Shown here: positions 35,150 to 48,095 of the stretch, one piece after another | Numbering within the stretch: position 1 is the stretch's first letter | Layout: each line of letters opens with the position of its first letter | DNA from: Podarcis bocagei | Lineage: Eukaryota | Strand: one strand, 5' to 3' | Length of the DNA: 64,000 nt | NCBI GenBank assembly: GCA_964188305.1 | Contig: OZ076892.1 | Made by a program: the position numbers and the translations under genes | The notes under the pieces: generated by a model | Told to the model about the DNA's origin: nothing | Databases searched by the model: none | The model's input: only the letters and a program-made list of their open reading frames with translations

Positions 35150-37415
35150 GTGTAGACAGTCCTGAGCTAGATGGACCCAATGGTTTGACTCCATATAAGG
35201 CAGGTTCCCAAACGACAATCTGAGTTTGATATAGGGTGGCTTCTTATGTTCCTATAAGTCCATCTTCCCTGCAAGCCGCATCCTGGGCTGGGGAGAAGGT
35301 GAGAGAGAGAGAAGCAAATTGGTGGCATCCTTGATCCACCCTCTCCTACCTTCATCCAAGCTGGATGCTTTTTAGCCCCTTCTAGGCAAAGGTTGCCTGT
35401 CATGCGCTGGCAGTCTCCTGCTCATTAAGCGCGCTAATGAGATGCGGGCCAAGTTCCCGACTGGCAGGGGCGGGGGGGGAGGGGTTGAAGCACACAGCGG
35501 GCCCAGAAATGCATGACAAGCTGAAAGGAGCTCTGGCCAAGCTGCCACTGACACACACACTGGACTGCTTGCAGGGGAGACGCCAGGCTGTGTGCATGTC
35601 AGCCACCTGCAATAGAGAACTCGGTGACTGATGCGCTCTGTCATGCCCCTAATGGGCATTTGGTTCAATTATCAACCCGTCAGGTTGCTTCTGAATCAGG
35701 CGAGGCACTGACCCGGATGCGCCAGCTTCCACCAAACAGCTACAAAGAGAGAAGGAGAAGGGGGGGGGGAATCCTCCTGGTGTGCAGGTGCTAATGCATG
35801 ACTTGGGAAGGTGTGTTTAAAGTATTCGAGCATCTGGTGGGGAGCGCCGCTTCAGAAAATGGCTGGGTCAGAGGAAGTTGCTGCCACTTAGCACCGCTTG
35901 GGACTGTCTAGCACAAGACGTGCTCCATTATGTGTTTCCTCTTAGGGGCCGAGTTGAAACACGAATGTGCGAAACGTTTGTTCAGAATATTTGCCAAGTA
36001 ATGGAACACGGGCTCCTCGTTTCAGCAAAAACGTGTGGAGTCAATGGTGTGAAAATGGACGCCCATTCAGAGTGAAGGTTAGAAGTGTTGGCTCTGATTT
36101 GGCTTTGGGGTGTGTAGGGCTGGGATCAAACAGAGCGTGTGTTTTGTGAAAATATCCACACACCGCCACAGCTGTATTTGGGGGGCTGCTGCTACTGTAT
36201 GGGATAGAATAAAGCTGTTCTCCCATTCATTGAAGGGAAGAAGCATTCCCTCGCTCTCAGCTGGCTTTGTGATGCTACCATGCAGCCAAATCGAACTGGC
36301 TACGTGGGGGTTGTGATATCATCGTGCTGGCTGCGGGAACGATCATGTTGCAAACAGAAAGAGCCTGGAAGTATCTATTTCCCACCCTGTGCCAAAACAG
36401 CTGCCAAGTCAGGCAGTGAAGAGGAGTAAAACAGTACAAAAAAGGGGGGGGGGTGTTGGATAAGGGTGAAATGGCTGCGTTACTATTTAAAAGAAGATTT
36501 TGGGGGACTACTGAGTCACCCTTGATTTTCTTCTTTTTTTGCATGGAAAATGCTTGCTCTCTCTCCCCCTCCCCCCGAAAAAATCAGTTTAGCCCTCCTT
36601 GCTGTCAGACTCGGCAGGAGATGCAGGGAGAGCAGCAATGGAACAGCAGGTGTGCAATGGGCAGGAGGTGCAGCGCAGGGGTATGGAAAGGAGGCGTCCA
36701 AGTCTCTGGCCCCTTCTCCCTCCCTGATGCTTCTGCTGTAATGGATTACGCAGGAACGCTTGGCCCAGGCTGTGCCGCTGTGAGCAAAGATTATCACAGC
36801 AAGAGCAGCATTTCTGGGGAGTTAGAGAATTAATTAAGGATGAAAGGACAGATTTATCAGCCCAGGACTGAATAGCTTAAATGCTGCAGCTCTCCTCTGG
36901 CTCCATTCCGCCCCCCCCCCCACTCTCTGGCTGCTCTTTGGCACAGAGATAGATATATACCTTTCGGGCAGTGCAAGGATGCAGGCCTAAAGCTAACAGT
37001 TCAGATCCCCACTTTTCCCAGGGTAGCAGTTAAGGTGGCCTCTTATGCATTGCTGCCCCACAAAAGGGAATGCAAACCCGCCGGGGGGGGGGGGGGAGGA
37101 AGACACCGATTTGCATTGAATTTGCATATGTTAATGTATACATATAGATGCAAATTCAGAAATAATTACTATAATTTGAATAGAAATGCAATGCATCTCG
37201 TCATAGTGAGGAAGTCTGTCACTGTGGAATTGATTGGCAGTCTAGCCAGCACAGATAAAAGGGAATAATTCCACTCAGCACACCATGAATGTGTAGAATT
37301 TGCCTCCTCAAAAAGGCAGCGGTGGTGACTGGTTTCAAGAGACGATTGTTACGGAAGAAAGGTTTATCAGTGGTTATTAGACATGATAGCTAAACAGAAC
37401 CTTCATGTTCAGAAA

Positions 37416-37565
37416 ATCCCAATAGCTCAGTCGGTAGAGCATGAGGCTCTTAATCTCAGGGACGTGGGTTCAAGCCCCACGTTGGGCGAAAGATTCCTGC
37501 ATTGCTGGGCGTTGGACTAGATGACCCTCATGGTCCCTTCCAACTCTATAGTTCTATGATTCTAT
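37416..37565 (+). mobile_element. tRNA-Lys(CTT)-headed SINE with CR1-derived tail
   Basis: tagctcagtcggtagagcatgaggctCTTaatctcagggacgtgggttcaagccccacgttgggcg is near-identical to tRNA-Lys-CTT. It is followed by gattcctgcattgc...ttggactagatgaccc...ttctatgattctat. Confidence 0.85.
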
Positions 37566-38792
37566 ATAAGAGACAGTATACTTCTAGTTGCATGATACTG
37601 AGGACAGTGTACAGAGTCGCTTTCATCCTTCCCTGTTTTGAGTGTCTAATCAGTATAAAATTCCCATTGATACAACTAGATGGACTGCAGATGAATGTTC
37701 ATTTGATTTGTCTTAAATGATTTTTATGTCTAGCGGCATGTAGCTATGGACTGAATTAGGATTGGCTGCATTTGGAAGTCACAGTAAACTGTGGTTTATC
37801 ATGGTGTAATGAGTCTTAGTAAGCGTTGGGCTCACATTCTTCGTCCCACCTCTGACCTTCTCAGGCTCTTCCACCAGGATTCCAAAAGCTCCTGCTTCTG
37901 ATTTCAGTTAACCACAGTTTAGTGTTACGTCCAGACCTTACACTGCGGCTAATCTGAACTATGGTTGCTGGAACAAGCCAGCTTCATAATCTATGTTTTG
38001 AAGCCAACTTGTTTCAAGCAAGCCATTGCTAAGGTTGATCACAGTTTGTCAGGCTGGGTTTAATCAAAAATGAAAACAGAAGCTTTGAAGTTTATTGGAA
38101 GCAGTTTTGCCAGACCAAGAGGGAAGGAGGGACATTGAAATAGTTAAACAAGCAAGAAGATTTTGCAGTATGCAGTTTTGCTGACATAACTTTTAAAAAA
38201 GAGAAAGTTAATGCAACTTCACTTTTGATTTGCGTGGGTTAAGATTCCGAGGGAAGTTCTAAGTTAATGTAAAATTCATGCTCATCTTCACTATCTAATA
38301 CGTACTTAACTCTTAGCAATAGCTAGCCGAGTCATTCGAAGCTCTGAATTAACTGATTTGTGCATTCAAGTCAATGAAGTGTTTGCACTGACTTTCAAAA
38401 TTGGCAAGTCACAAGACGCTAATTGCAAAGTCATGAATTGCAAATTATGACATCACTTATTCACAGGTTCATACATTATTCTTCAAGATTGCAAAATAAA
38501 TATAAAACAAACGCCAAATTTGAAATTGGTCGAAGAGTTCTCAAAGAGTGCAAATAGAAATCTGCTGGTCAAGGAGTAGGAGGGGTGTGGCAGAGGCTGA
38601 TCCTGGGGGCTAAGTCCAGCCCCCCACCAAAGAACTGTAATGGGGGCAATGGCAAACAGGCCCCGAATCAGCATTTCAGCTAGAATGAGGCTCACTGCAC
38701 CACCTTTTCTTTATTCTCAAAAAATAATATGGTTGGGAAGAAGGTTGTCCAGGCATAGACATGATTAGAGATGCTCATTTTGTTGTCTTGCC

Positions 38793-38836
<44 letters not shown>
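38793..38836. repeat. (TCTA)n microsatellite
   Basis: Seen directly. Confidence 0.95.
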
Positions 38837-38837
<1 letters not shown>

Positions 38838-39620
38838 TTTTTTTTACAACAAAACGGTGCTTATTCTCAAGTAAATGTGTTTAGCATAAAGGCAACAGAG
38901 TGAAACCCCATTTAATTCCTGTGGACAGGATGGTCCTGTATCATTTAAGGGAATTAATGCAGAAGTGCACATGTACAGTGTGTGTGTAAATGTGTGTGTG
39001 CGTGCAGTAGGTGTACATGAACCAGGGTGGCTATGTGGCCGACTTCTCAGAGGACACAGTTCTCTATTTGAAGGAACCCCTGGTCTGATCCAAGTCCCAG
39101 TTGTTACAGATCTATAAGAAGGGCCCTTGGTGTTGCCATCCAACAGTTCCTGGGCAGCAGACTGAGCAGGCACCCAGGCAACCTGTTCACAATCTATTTC
39201 CTCCACTATTGTGAGAATGTGTTGCATGTCTGTTGAAATCATAGCAATTATTTCTAAATTTGCATCAATGCAGACAAATCAACACATTTCACGCAGTTTG
39301 TCCTCTTTCGTGCGAATCATTTCCTTTTGCTGTTGTTATTGATCCACAAGTGGTCTGAACCTGTCTTCTGGCGTTGTTGATGCTCCATCTTGTTGCAGGG
39401 TACCATTTCTCCCATGCTTTTCTAGTTTCTGTCTGTCTAGAATGTCAGAGTGAGGCCCTAGCCCTCCCAGGCACATATGAATTCACCAGTCTTTACACTT
39501 TCTCTGCTTCAGGGATGGGGAACATCAGGCCTGGAATCCATATGCTGCCCTTTCTGTCTCTTTGTCTGTCCCCCAGGACTCTCTCAAGGCTACATCCCCT
39601 TGCAAAGTATTGCCCTAACC

Positions 39621-39899
39621 CAGTGGCGTAGCGTGGGTTGTCAGCACCCGGGGCAAGGCAAGTAATTTGCGCCCCCTAACCCGTGGATTTGCGCCCCCTA
39701 ACCCGCACCGCACGCCTGGCACCCCCCCTCCACAGTGGGCGGCAACCCGGCGGCTTGGATCGGATTCGCACAGCCAGCACTGCAGTGAGAGAGAGTGAGT
39801 GAACCAGGTAGGGGCAGAGAGCTGCGAGTGCGAGTGCGCCCCCCCCGATGTTGCGCCCGGTGCGGCTGGCCCCCCCTGCACCCCCACGCTACGCCACTG
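39621..39899. mobile_element. Young hAT non-autonomous element
   Basis: 17-bp TIR CAGTGGCGTAGCGTGGG, perfect 8-bp TSD CCCTAACC (39613-39620, 39900-39907), CpGs retained. Confidence 0.92.
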
Positions 39900-40000
39900 C
39901 CCTAACCACCCCTGCTTTGAACCTTCCTTGAGTGCTTTTGCCTGGCTAGAATGTGTCATTGGATTCTGATAATGCTTCTTTCTTGGCTGGCTGGCTGGCT

Positions 40001-40343
40001 GATCCTCCAAGTGTCCCTATTTTCCAGGGACGTCCCTGATTTTGAGAAGCTGTCCCAGTTTCTGATTTGATCCTGAAATGTCCCACTTTTCCTTATGATG
40101 TCCCCATTTTCAACAGAGAAATGTTGGAGGGTATGGAGTTATCCATCCCATGAGCTGTCTGAAGGCAGTCCTGTATAGGGTAGTTTTTAAAAAATGTTTA
40201 ATGTTTTATTATGTTTTTATATATGTTGCAAGCTGCCCAGAGTGGCTGGGGCAACCCAATAAGATGTGTGGGGTATAAATAGTAAAATTATCTCTATGGA
40301 ATGGGACATCCCTCTTTTCATTGGATAAATGTTGGAGGGTATG
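40001..40343. mobile_element. DNA-transposon-like element with a duplicated terminus and an internal L2 3' end
   Basis: aaatgttggagggtatg occurs at 40119-40135 and 40327-40343, with gtccc/gggac subterminal repeats. An inverted homologue lies at 48096-48585. Confidence 0.65.
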
Positions 40344-41420
40344 GGAGGGCAGATGGGGATGTGTGAATATGTATCAAAACTGACCTACTGTACAAAGGAA
40401 GAATTCACATTATTGCTCTGTCCAGTTTTGCCGCTGGATAAGGGGTGGTCCCCAAGTGGTCCCCAGAAAGTTGCCCAGAAGGCAATGTGGCCCTCAGGGT
40501 GAACAGATTTCGCACCCCTGCTCTGCTGCCTTGGAAGTGAGCTTTAAGCCTAATGCACACCTTGAGCTGGTCTAGATGTGCATCCCTGGCTATTGTCTCC
40601 AGCATCTTCCATCCTGTGTGTGTGTGTGTGTGTGTGCCTGTGGTAAGATAAACAAACAGCAATTAACCCTGCAGCAGCACACATTATTAGCCAACCATCG
40701 AGGGCTTGACTTGGTTTTGCAACGTGGAGTCTCATTAGCAGCCTGTCACCATTTGCTCTTGTTAGCCAGCACAACGATAGTAGGATTGTCGTCAGCCACA
40801 GGCTTTGTTAAGTGAGTGGCCAGCATTCTGGACAGCGTTCTGAATTCACCCGTTGCGAGTCTGGCTGTGAGACCCAGCCCTTTGGCAACTGCTTTTGGAA
40901 TCATGGGTCCCTTTGATGCCTCTCTGGGAACTGAAAGGTCTTTCTTGGTCGGAGTGAGCTGAGATCTTCATCTACCAGCCTCACAGGGTTGTGTCCAAAT
41001 CAGTGCCAGCAGAGATCATCTGGTGCAGCCGTGCTTCTGTTTCCTCTCCATCCTTGCAGGCCCCCAAAATCTTCTCCAGAGGGCTTGCCAATCTTCCAGA
41101 GCTGGTTTCAAGGGAGGGGGCCTGCAGGAGAGACGAGAGAAGTGTTCCATTCTGCTAGAGCAATGTCCCTTGGGCTAGCCAAACTAGAGCATTGGCTACT
41201 ACCCACAGTACTGCTGCTAGTCTCCAACAATGCTGCTCACTCAGAAGCTGGCTGGAGGTGAAGGGTTAGGTCAGAGGATGACTATTAGCCAAACCCTGTC
41301 AACTTGCAAGGGATTTCAGGTGTGCTACCAAGTTCTCCAAGCAGGCTTTGGCCAATTAGGAGAAGCAAACCAGATCTCAGGGCCAGTGTCAGCATCTGAC
41401 ATCCTTAGGTAGCTGGTGAT

Positions 41421-41606
41421 GTTGTTGTTGTTTAGTCGTTTAGTCGTGTCCGACTCTTCGTGACCCCATGGACCAGAGCACGCCAGGCACTCCTGTCTTC
41501 CACTGCCTCCTGCAGTTTGGTGAAGCTCATGTTGGTAGCTTCGTGAACACTGTCCAACCATCTCATCTTCTGTCGTCCCCTTCTTCTTGTGCCCTCAATC
41601 TTTCCC
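41421..41606 (-). mobile_element. Bov-B (RTE) LINE 3' fragment
   Basis: GKIEGTRRRGRQKMRWLD...KSRTRLND with a (CAA)n tail. 10-bp TSD AGCTGGTGAT (41411-41420, 41607-41616). Confidence 0.92.
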
Positions 41607-41991
41607 AGCTGGTGATACTTGAACCGAATCACAGCTATTCTTCAAAATTGGGAGGTTTCCAAATTTTGCTGGGGTGTTCTCCAGCCACGTTGTGTACAGA
41701 AATGCACATACCGCAATTAAAAATGTGCATGGAAATGCAATAGGCCAGTAAAAGCAAAAGACAAAAATGTATTATAGTAGGGGAAATTGCTTTGCCAAAT
41801 GTTTGTATTACACAGAATGGCAGACAAACATGTGTATTAGGATAAATTCACACTAAAATGATGCTAAATTATCATGAGGGCTTTTTTTTTAAAAAAAACA
41901 CCCTGATGTAAAACTGATGTGGGAAGGTGGAGTAGTGAAATTAAAATTGGTGGGGAGAGGGGAGGAAGAGAAGTTAAGGGGAACCAAAATA

Positions 41992-42222
41992 CAGTGGTAC
42001 CTCAGGTTACAGACGCTTCAGGTTACAGATGTTTCAGGTTACAGACTCCACTAACCCAGAAATAGTACCTTGGGTTAAGAACTTTGCTTCAGGATGAGAA
42101 CAGAAATTGCGTGGCGGCAGCAGGAGGCCCCATTAGCTAAAGTGCTACCTCAGGTTAAGAACAATTTCAGGTTAAGAACGGACCTCCAGAACGAATTAAG
42201 TTCTTAACCCGAGGTACCATTG
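41992..42222. mobile_element. Tc1/mariner-type MITE, family A (opposite orientation)
   Basis: TIRs and TA flanks, nested in an older AT-rich DNA element. Confidence 0.9.
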
Positions 42223-42719
42223 TAGGCAGCTTCACCCACTTCTAGTCTGGGTCAGGCTAGAGCTGCCCTTGCTGGGTCTCTAGCAACAGCATGGTATGCC
42301 AGGACTAGCCCTTTGCACAGATGTTATTGTCGGACAGTTGAGAATTACAAAGCAGTTCAGCTGGCCTTTCTTAGGTCCTCCTATCCTTGCACTCTCCCTT
42401 TCGCCAAGTGAGAGAAAGTTCAGGGCAGCCCTTACATGGGCTTTGTTTTCTTTGGAGAAAAGAACACTCACTTAGCAAGGTCTTTGCAGCAATCTCTTTA
42501 TGTATTAGTGTACTGATTGACTGGATAAGAGTGCACAGAATCTCCCTGTTTTTGTTTTTTTCATTCCCTTGCCAAACAGGTTTTGGATTAATTCCACCAA
42601 AATGTCTTGTGGACATCTTCTGAATGGATAGTTTGCCCGTCACTTCCCACCCCAGCATAAGGGTGTGTGGCTCCCCTTAGTTTACCAAACTGCTATGACT
42701 CCTGGTGCAAGCATACAGT

Positions 42720-42945
42720 AGCTTATTATTGTTCCCCACTGAAAGTGCCACATTTGCTACTGCGCATTGTGCTGGGTTATTGCATATTATTGTTCACTGC
42801 TGAAAGTGCCGCCACATTTATTTCTACGTAGTGCTTATCTCTGCTTGCCCTTGAAAGTTCTGCAACATTTGTTATTGCACATGTGCTGAGCGATTGCTCA
42901 TTATTGTCGCCCCTGAAAGTGACACATTTGATATTGTACATAGTG
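42720..42945. repeat. Degenerate ~51-62 bp tandem repeat, 4 units
   Basis: TGAAAGT at 42740, 42801, 42852 and 42914, each followed by ACATTT, and three of the four preceded by ATTATTGT. Confidence 0.7.
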
Positions 42946-43531
42946 AAACACTAGTAGCTATTGCTTATGTTCTTCTCCTCTGACAAACATGTTATTTCGC
43001 ATGATGCCATTTAACAGCCCATGTGATCTTCTCTTCCCACTTCTGGAGCCTGACTCTAAGCTTTTTTAAAAAAAAAATTAAAAAAAAATTGAGTTACTCT
43101 GTTTGGTTCCAAATGTGTTCACAATAACTGGCAAGCCTGTTTTCCTACCTTGCTTGCAGTTTGTGAGATTTGGGAGAGCTTTTATAGTTGTTTATAGTTG
43201 CACTTTTTTCCCCTGTGCAATTTTTCCTGTGACTTTAGAAACTTTGTGCCAAGAGAGATCCAATATAAGGAGAGTAGAGAAGGCAGATGCTGCAAAAGGG
43301 ATAAGGGAAGCAAAATGCAATGATTAAACAATAAGATAGAATAACATTTTTTATTTTATTTTTTGCACATGAAACGACTATTCCAGCATGAGATGAAATA
43401 AACTCACAACAGGAATGCCTTAAAATCAAACCTTGCTACATTTGAATGCACTTTCCATAAAGTGCAGCTTTGTTGAGATACCAACTTGGACATTAGGATG
43501 GCATATACTGTATTGAGCTATATGTGTAAAC

Positions 43532-43667
43532 CAGGGTTCTTCAACCTCAGCCCTCCAAATGTTTCTGGCCTACAACTCCCATGATCCCTAGCTAGCAGGA
43601 CCAGTGGTCAGGGATGATGGGAATTGTAGTCTCAAAACATCTGGAAGGCTGAGGTTGAGTAAGCCTG
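43532..43667. mobile_element. Palindromic hAT MITE, same core
   Basis: caggg..caacctcagcc / ggctgaggttg..cctg inverted ends, GTAAAC repeated on both flanks. Older relatives lie near 16900-17100, 30625-30890, 56860-57150 and 59270-59375. Confidence 0.8.
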
Positions 43668-44101
43668 GTAAACTAAGATGGATACATTGATGATTGTTGC
43701 ATTGTTAAAGTGAGGTAGTGGGCTTTTCTTTTTTCTTCCTTTTTTCCTTTATCTACCCCCCCCTAAAAATAAATTTGCAATGGAAATATATATATATATA
43801 GAGAGAGAGAGGCCTCGAGCCTTGCAGATTCACATTGGGCACATTTATGCCTCTGTGACATGCACAGGCAAACTCGCCCGGGCATCCCTGACAACTCCCC
43901 AGCGCTCTCTCCCCTCCCAGCAGGAAAAGAAAACCTAGAGAGTTAAACTTCCACTATCGTGGCTGGCGGAGAGAAAGGCGTGCTGTTCCAGCCTGGGGGC
44001 CCCTCAGTCTAGACCAACAGCTGCTTCCCACCAGTTCATCTCGGGACAAGCACGTGATGCTGAAGAGCCGCAAGCCTCTTGTGTGCGGCCGCCAGACTCA
44101 C

Positions 44102-44104
<3 letters not shown>

Positions 44105-44143
<39 letters not shown>
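44105..44143. repeat. (GT)n microsatellite
   Basis: Seen directly. Similar tracts lie at ~9547, 34174, 51069 and 62859. Confidence 0.95.
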
Positions 44144-44146
<3 letters not shown>

Positions 44147-46779
44147 CATGGGATAGAGGAGCTGTCTGCTTGGGGTGGCTTCTTCTCCTGCTTGGAAGAT
44201 GCAGGAAACGGGGAGAGGAAGAGTCTCCTGCACTGGAGAGACCAGCTTGCTCTCTCGCCTCCTTTTCCTCCCTTGTTTGCTCTGCACCTCTCCAGCTGCA
44301 GTGATTGACAGGGGTGGGTGTCAACATCTTCTGCAGCCAGCTAGACCTAGGTGCAAGTTGGGGGCAGATTTGTTGTGGTTCTTCCGCAGCGGACTCCATT
44401 TATCGGAGCCTTACCGGTAGACAGGATCTGAGCATAATAGAAGCCCACATGGCTGCTGTTGCCCTATGGGGCGGAGTCAGCTCAGAGGTGTCAAAGTTGT
44501 GCGGCACAGAATCATTCTAGCAGTGAATGTGCTGAATGTTGCACCTTTTTCAGGCCAAGGGCCACATTCGCTTGAGGACAGCATTCCAGGGGCCACATGC
44601 TAGTGGTAGCAATAAGTCTTCGTGCAATAGGCTACATTCCACCAGTGCAAAATTCAGAGACACCCCCCTCTCCCCCTGCAGGCGAACATCGTCCCATCAA
44701 AGTGCACATTCCAGCCAGGCAAAAGCATGGAGCAGGGCCCAGGGAGGGGTGCGGCCTGGGGATGGGGGTGTGGCCAAGCGAGAGTCCCAGGGGGCAGGTT
44801 GCGAGACCTTGGGGGCCGCATGGGTCTCCTAGGCCTGAAGTTCATCACCTCCGCCTTAGGGCTATTACCTTTGAGAGTTGCACAGAAGGGAGCCTCACGC
44901 CAGCAATTGGCTGTGCTCACCACCAAGCTGCAGTGACAGAAAAAGAGGCACACCGGTTTGGGGGAGGTGGTGCCTTTTAAAAAGCGTATGGAGTATTCTC
45001 AGGTTCTGGACGCAGCAGATCCGATTTGTGCAGCCTACACGGCTGGGTCCTTGCTTGGAATGTTGCATGTTGAGTGGTGTGTGTGTGTGTGTTGAGGACA
45101 CCTCCCACGCTCCTGGCTGGGTGCTTATACTATACCACATTGCCAGAAGCATGAAGCTGCCGCAGAGATGCACGAGCATCTCCTCCTCTCCGCCCCCCCC
45201 CCCACTGCCTCCTTCTCCCATCTTGTGCCAATCCTGCCTGCAGAGCCTGCTGACCTGATTGCTTTGCCTACCAGTGGTCAAAAGGACACCGGGAAAAGCG
45301 GCATCAAGGGCAGGCTGTTCCAGATGCAAATTGATAGTCAAGTCACTCATCAGAACAATGCCTCCTCCCCTCCTCCGCTTAATCCTTTTACAATGGGACT
45401 AATTGCTAATCAGACTGATTTCACACTGGCTGTTTTCCCTCGACAGTGAGCCTCCTTGGAGGAAAGCTCTTGGAGAGGGAGGGGAAGGGGGAGGGTGGGC
45501 TGCAGTCACCCTGGCACGCAGCTCCCCTGGCGACAACGGGCACAGCAGCATCCTGCACGTCTGGAGAGATTACTCTCTCTTCAGCCTGTGCCTGTATGTG
45601 GCTGGCAGGGGAGCTGCAATTGCCCTGGACCCAGGGATCAGCAGCCTCCTTGCCTTGCTGCAAGGGGAGCGGCTGTCATCATAGGGCATGTGACACATGG
45701 CGTATCCTGCCGACATTGAAAACGGGCATGCCCAGGCAAATCCAGGCCCCACCACCTCCACTGCTGCCCATTTTTACAAAGGCAGCCTTCTGGCTCCATG
45801 CAAATATTATTATTATTTTGCACATGCAAATTTGCTCAGCGAAGAATTGTTATGTCTCATGGAGAGCCTTGGCAGTGTCATGTCAGTTGTTACAAGGGAG
45901 TACATCAGCTTGGCAGAGCTGCTGTCAAAGGGGTGAGCCAAGTGGGCGGCAGGTGCCATCTCTCTCCCTGGTGACTCCCTCCTCCTTGGGAGGTGAGGGT
46001 GGCAGAGAGAGCTTATCGCCTGCAAGGGCACAACTGTTCCTCCACTGCTCACCTTCCTCTCCATTGCAGAGCCCTGTGTGTTACATGGGGGCACACTCAT
46101 TGGCATACAGATGTAGAGGACTCTGTACTTGAGAGCACACACACTTCTGTGTGCAGGGCTTTTTGTGGCACATTGGGACACACATACACCTATTAATGCA
46201 TGTGCACAAGGCTATGTCACACACACACACACATCAATGTGCTTCTTTATGTCGTACCTCAAATCTCTCTCTTTCACACTCACTCACTCATGCAGAGCTT
46301 TCACTCTGGTCCTTTTTTTATCCTTTATTATCTACCTTACTGAAAGGGTGATATTCATGCTCTCCTTTTGTCCGTCAGGCATTGAAACGGTCAAGCCACA
46401 TACTACTATACTGCTGCTATTATAAAGATATTCGTTCCTCATATATTATAACTGTTTTGACTAAATTCCTAGGCAGATCTGATATTTTTTACACTTCCTT
46501 TAGTCAGATCCCACTAACAAAATCACCACTGAAGTGGCAAAAACCAGTGCATCGGTATGCAGTACTAGGAACCAGAGCATCCTAAGTGTGATTGTGCGAC
46601 GCCACACACACACATACACACACCCAGCTCTTTGCCATGCTGCTCATCTATGCTGCTAATCCCAAATCGTCCTTTGCTGGCCTGTACGCTGCAAAGTTGT
46701 ATCTGTTGAATTGTAATTTCGTGGCTGATCTGTGGCTGCAACAATAAAGACGGATTGATTGATTGACACACAATCATCA

Positions 46780-47185
46780 GGGTGGCTTCTCGCAGACTTT
46801 GGGACTCTCTTCCCAGAGCGGCTAAACTAGCTCCCTCTTTGTTGTCCTTACACTGGCAGGGGAAGACTGTTTTATTCTGGCAGGCTTTGGGGAACTGACT
46901 GTTTTTAAGGAAGTTTTTAATAGTGTTACACTTTTCCTTTTTCTTACTAGATTTGTTTACCAGATTTTATAGATTTGTTTTATAACGTTTTAATTCTATT
47001 AGAGTTCAGTTAATTTTTTACCATTTTCCAATCATCAAACTGCAGTGTTTGGCCACTAAGAACCTATCTTCTACATGTTTTTAGCTTTTGGTGTTTTATC
47101 CATGTTTGTTTAAATTTTTCATTAGCCACCTTGAGTCCCAGTTTTAGGGGACAGGCTGTATATAAATAATAATAGATAATAATAA
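46780..47185 (+). mobile_element. Old L2 3' end
   Basis: LWDSLP...KTVLFWQA-like ORF2 end, T-rich UTR, agccaccttgag and a (TAA)n tail. Confidence 0.6.
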
Positions 47186-48095
47186 TCAGTGTACATGTGC
47201 CGGGCTCTGTGTTGTGCACTGGAACACACAACCACACCCATCAATGTGTGTGCATGTTTGCACCAGCTGCACTTAAAGTCCAATTTGGAGACAATTTTTT
47301 TTTTCCAAACTGGGGAAATGCATGATACGGAATGGTAGAGGGATATGCCCCGATCAAAAGCACATCATTTTCTTCTCAAGGGTGGTGGCTGCACGGAAGA
47401 AAAAGCTTTGCAAAAGGGGAAGGCATAGTTGCAGCCTTGTCCTTATGCATTGTTGTTTGTCTTAATAGGTTAGCGGATCACTCCCACATTTGAGTGGTCC
47501 TGCGGAAGTGCATTTTGCCTCTGGAGCATTAAAAAGAGTTAGAAACACACCCGTGACAGTGGCGAAATAAAGGTCGCGAGATGGTGTGGAGATGCTGAGA
47601 GGGAGAACTGAGTCACTAGCCACCTGTCATGCCGCAGGTGGTTGCCCATTCATATTCTACATAAGCACTCAAGCTGCAAGTGGCTTTGCAATCTGGTGAG
47701 CTCCCAGGTTCTTAATGGCCAAACACGGCAGTTTGATGATTGTAAAATATACTATCTCTCTCCCAAGGAAGCATTGCCTTGAGGTTGGGATGGGAGAGAA
47801 CATTGATATAGTTCATACTTACAGGTGAACCTGGGTGTCCATCCACACTTCCTTTTGTCCTTCTGGCTGCTTTGCCCTGGGAAAAAACTCTCCTTAGCAC
47901 TCAATTGGAGCAAACAGCAATTTGGGTTTTCTCTGAATTGACGTTTGCTCCAATTTAGCACTAAAGAGTGGTTTTTCCCTGGGAAAGGAGTGGGGCAAGG
48001 GAAAAACCACTCAGAACTGTGCTTTCTAGGCAAGTGGAAGTGTAGATGAGCCCCTACTTAATTCGCACTTCACAAAACAAGCTCAGTTGCATAGA

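Noticed and set aside
37416-37488. Functional tRNA-Lys gene (likewise Ile at 3592 and Asn at 34795)
   Set aside because: The acceptor stems are damaged, there is no oligo-T terminator, and each is fused to a CR1 tail, so these are SINE heads.
40819-40840. REST/RE1-like site ccagcattctggacagcg
   Set aside because: The left half lacks the near-invariant CAGCACC.
45446-46132. 228-aa ORF and overlapping ORFs
   Set aside because: Non-ATG start, no domain, and many overlapping frames typical of GC-rich non-coding DNA.
46951-46961. FoxO site TTGTTTAC suggesting autoregulation
   Set aside because: It lies in a T-rich L2 remnant and is expected by chance in 64 kb.
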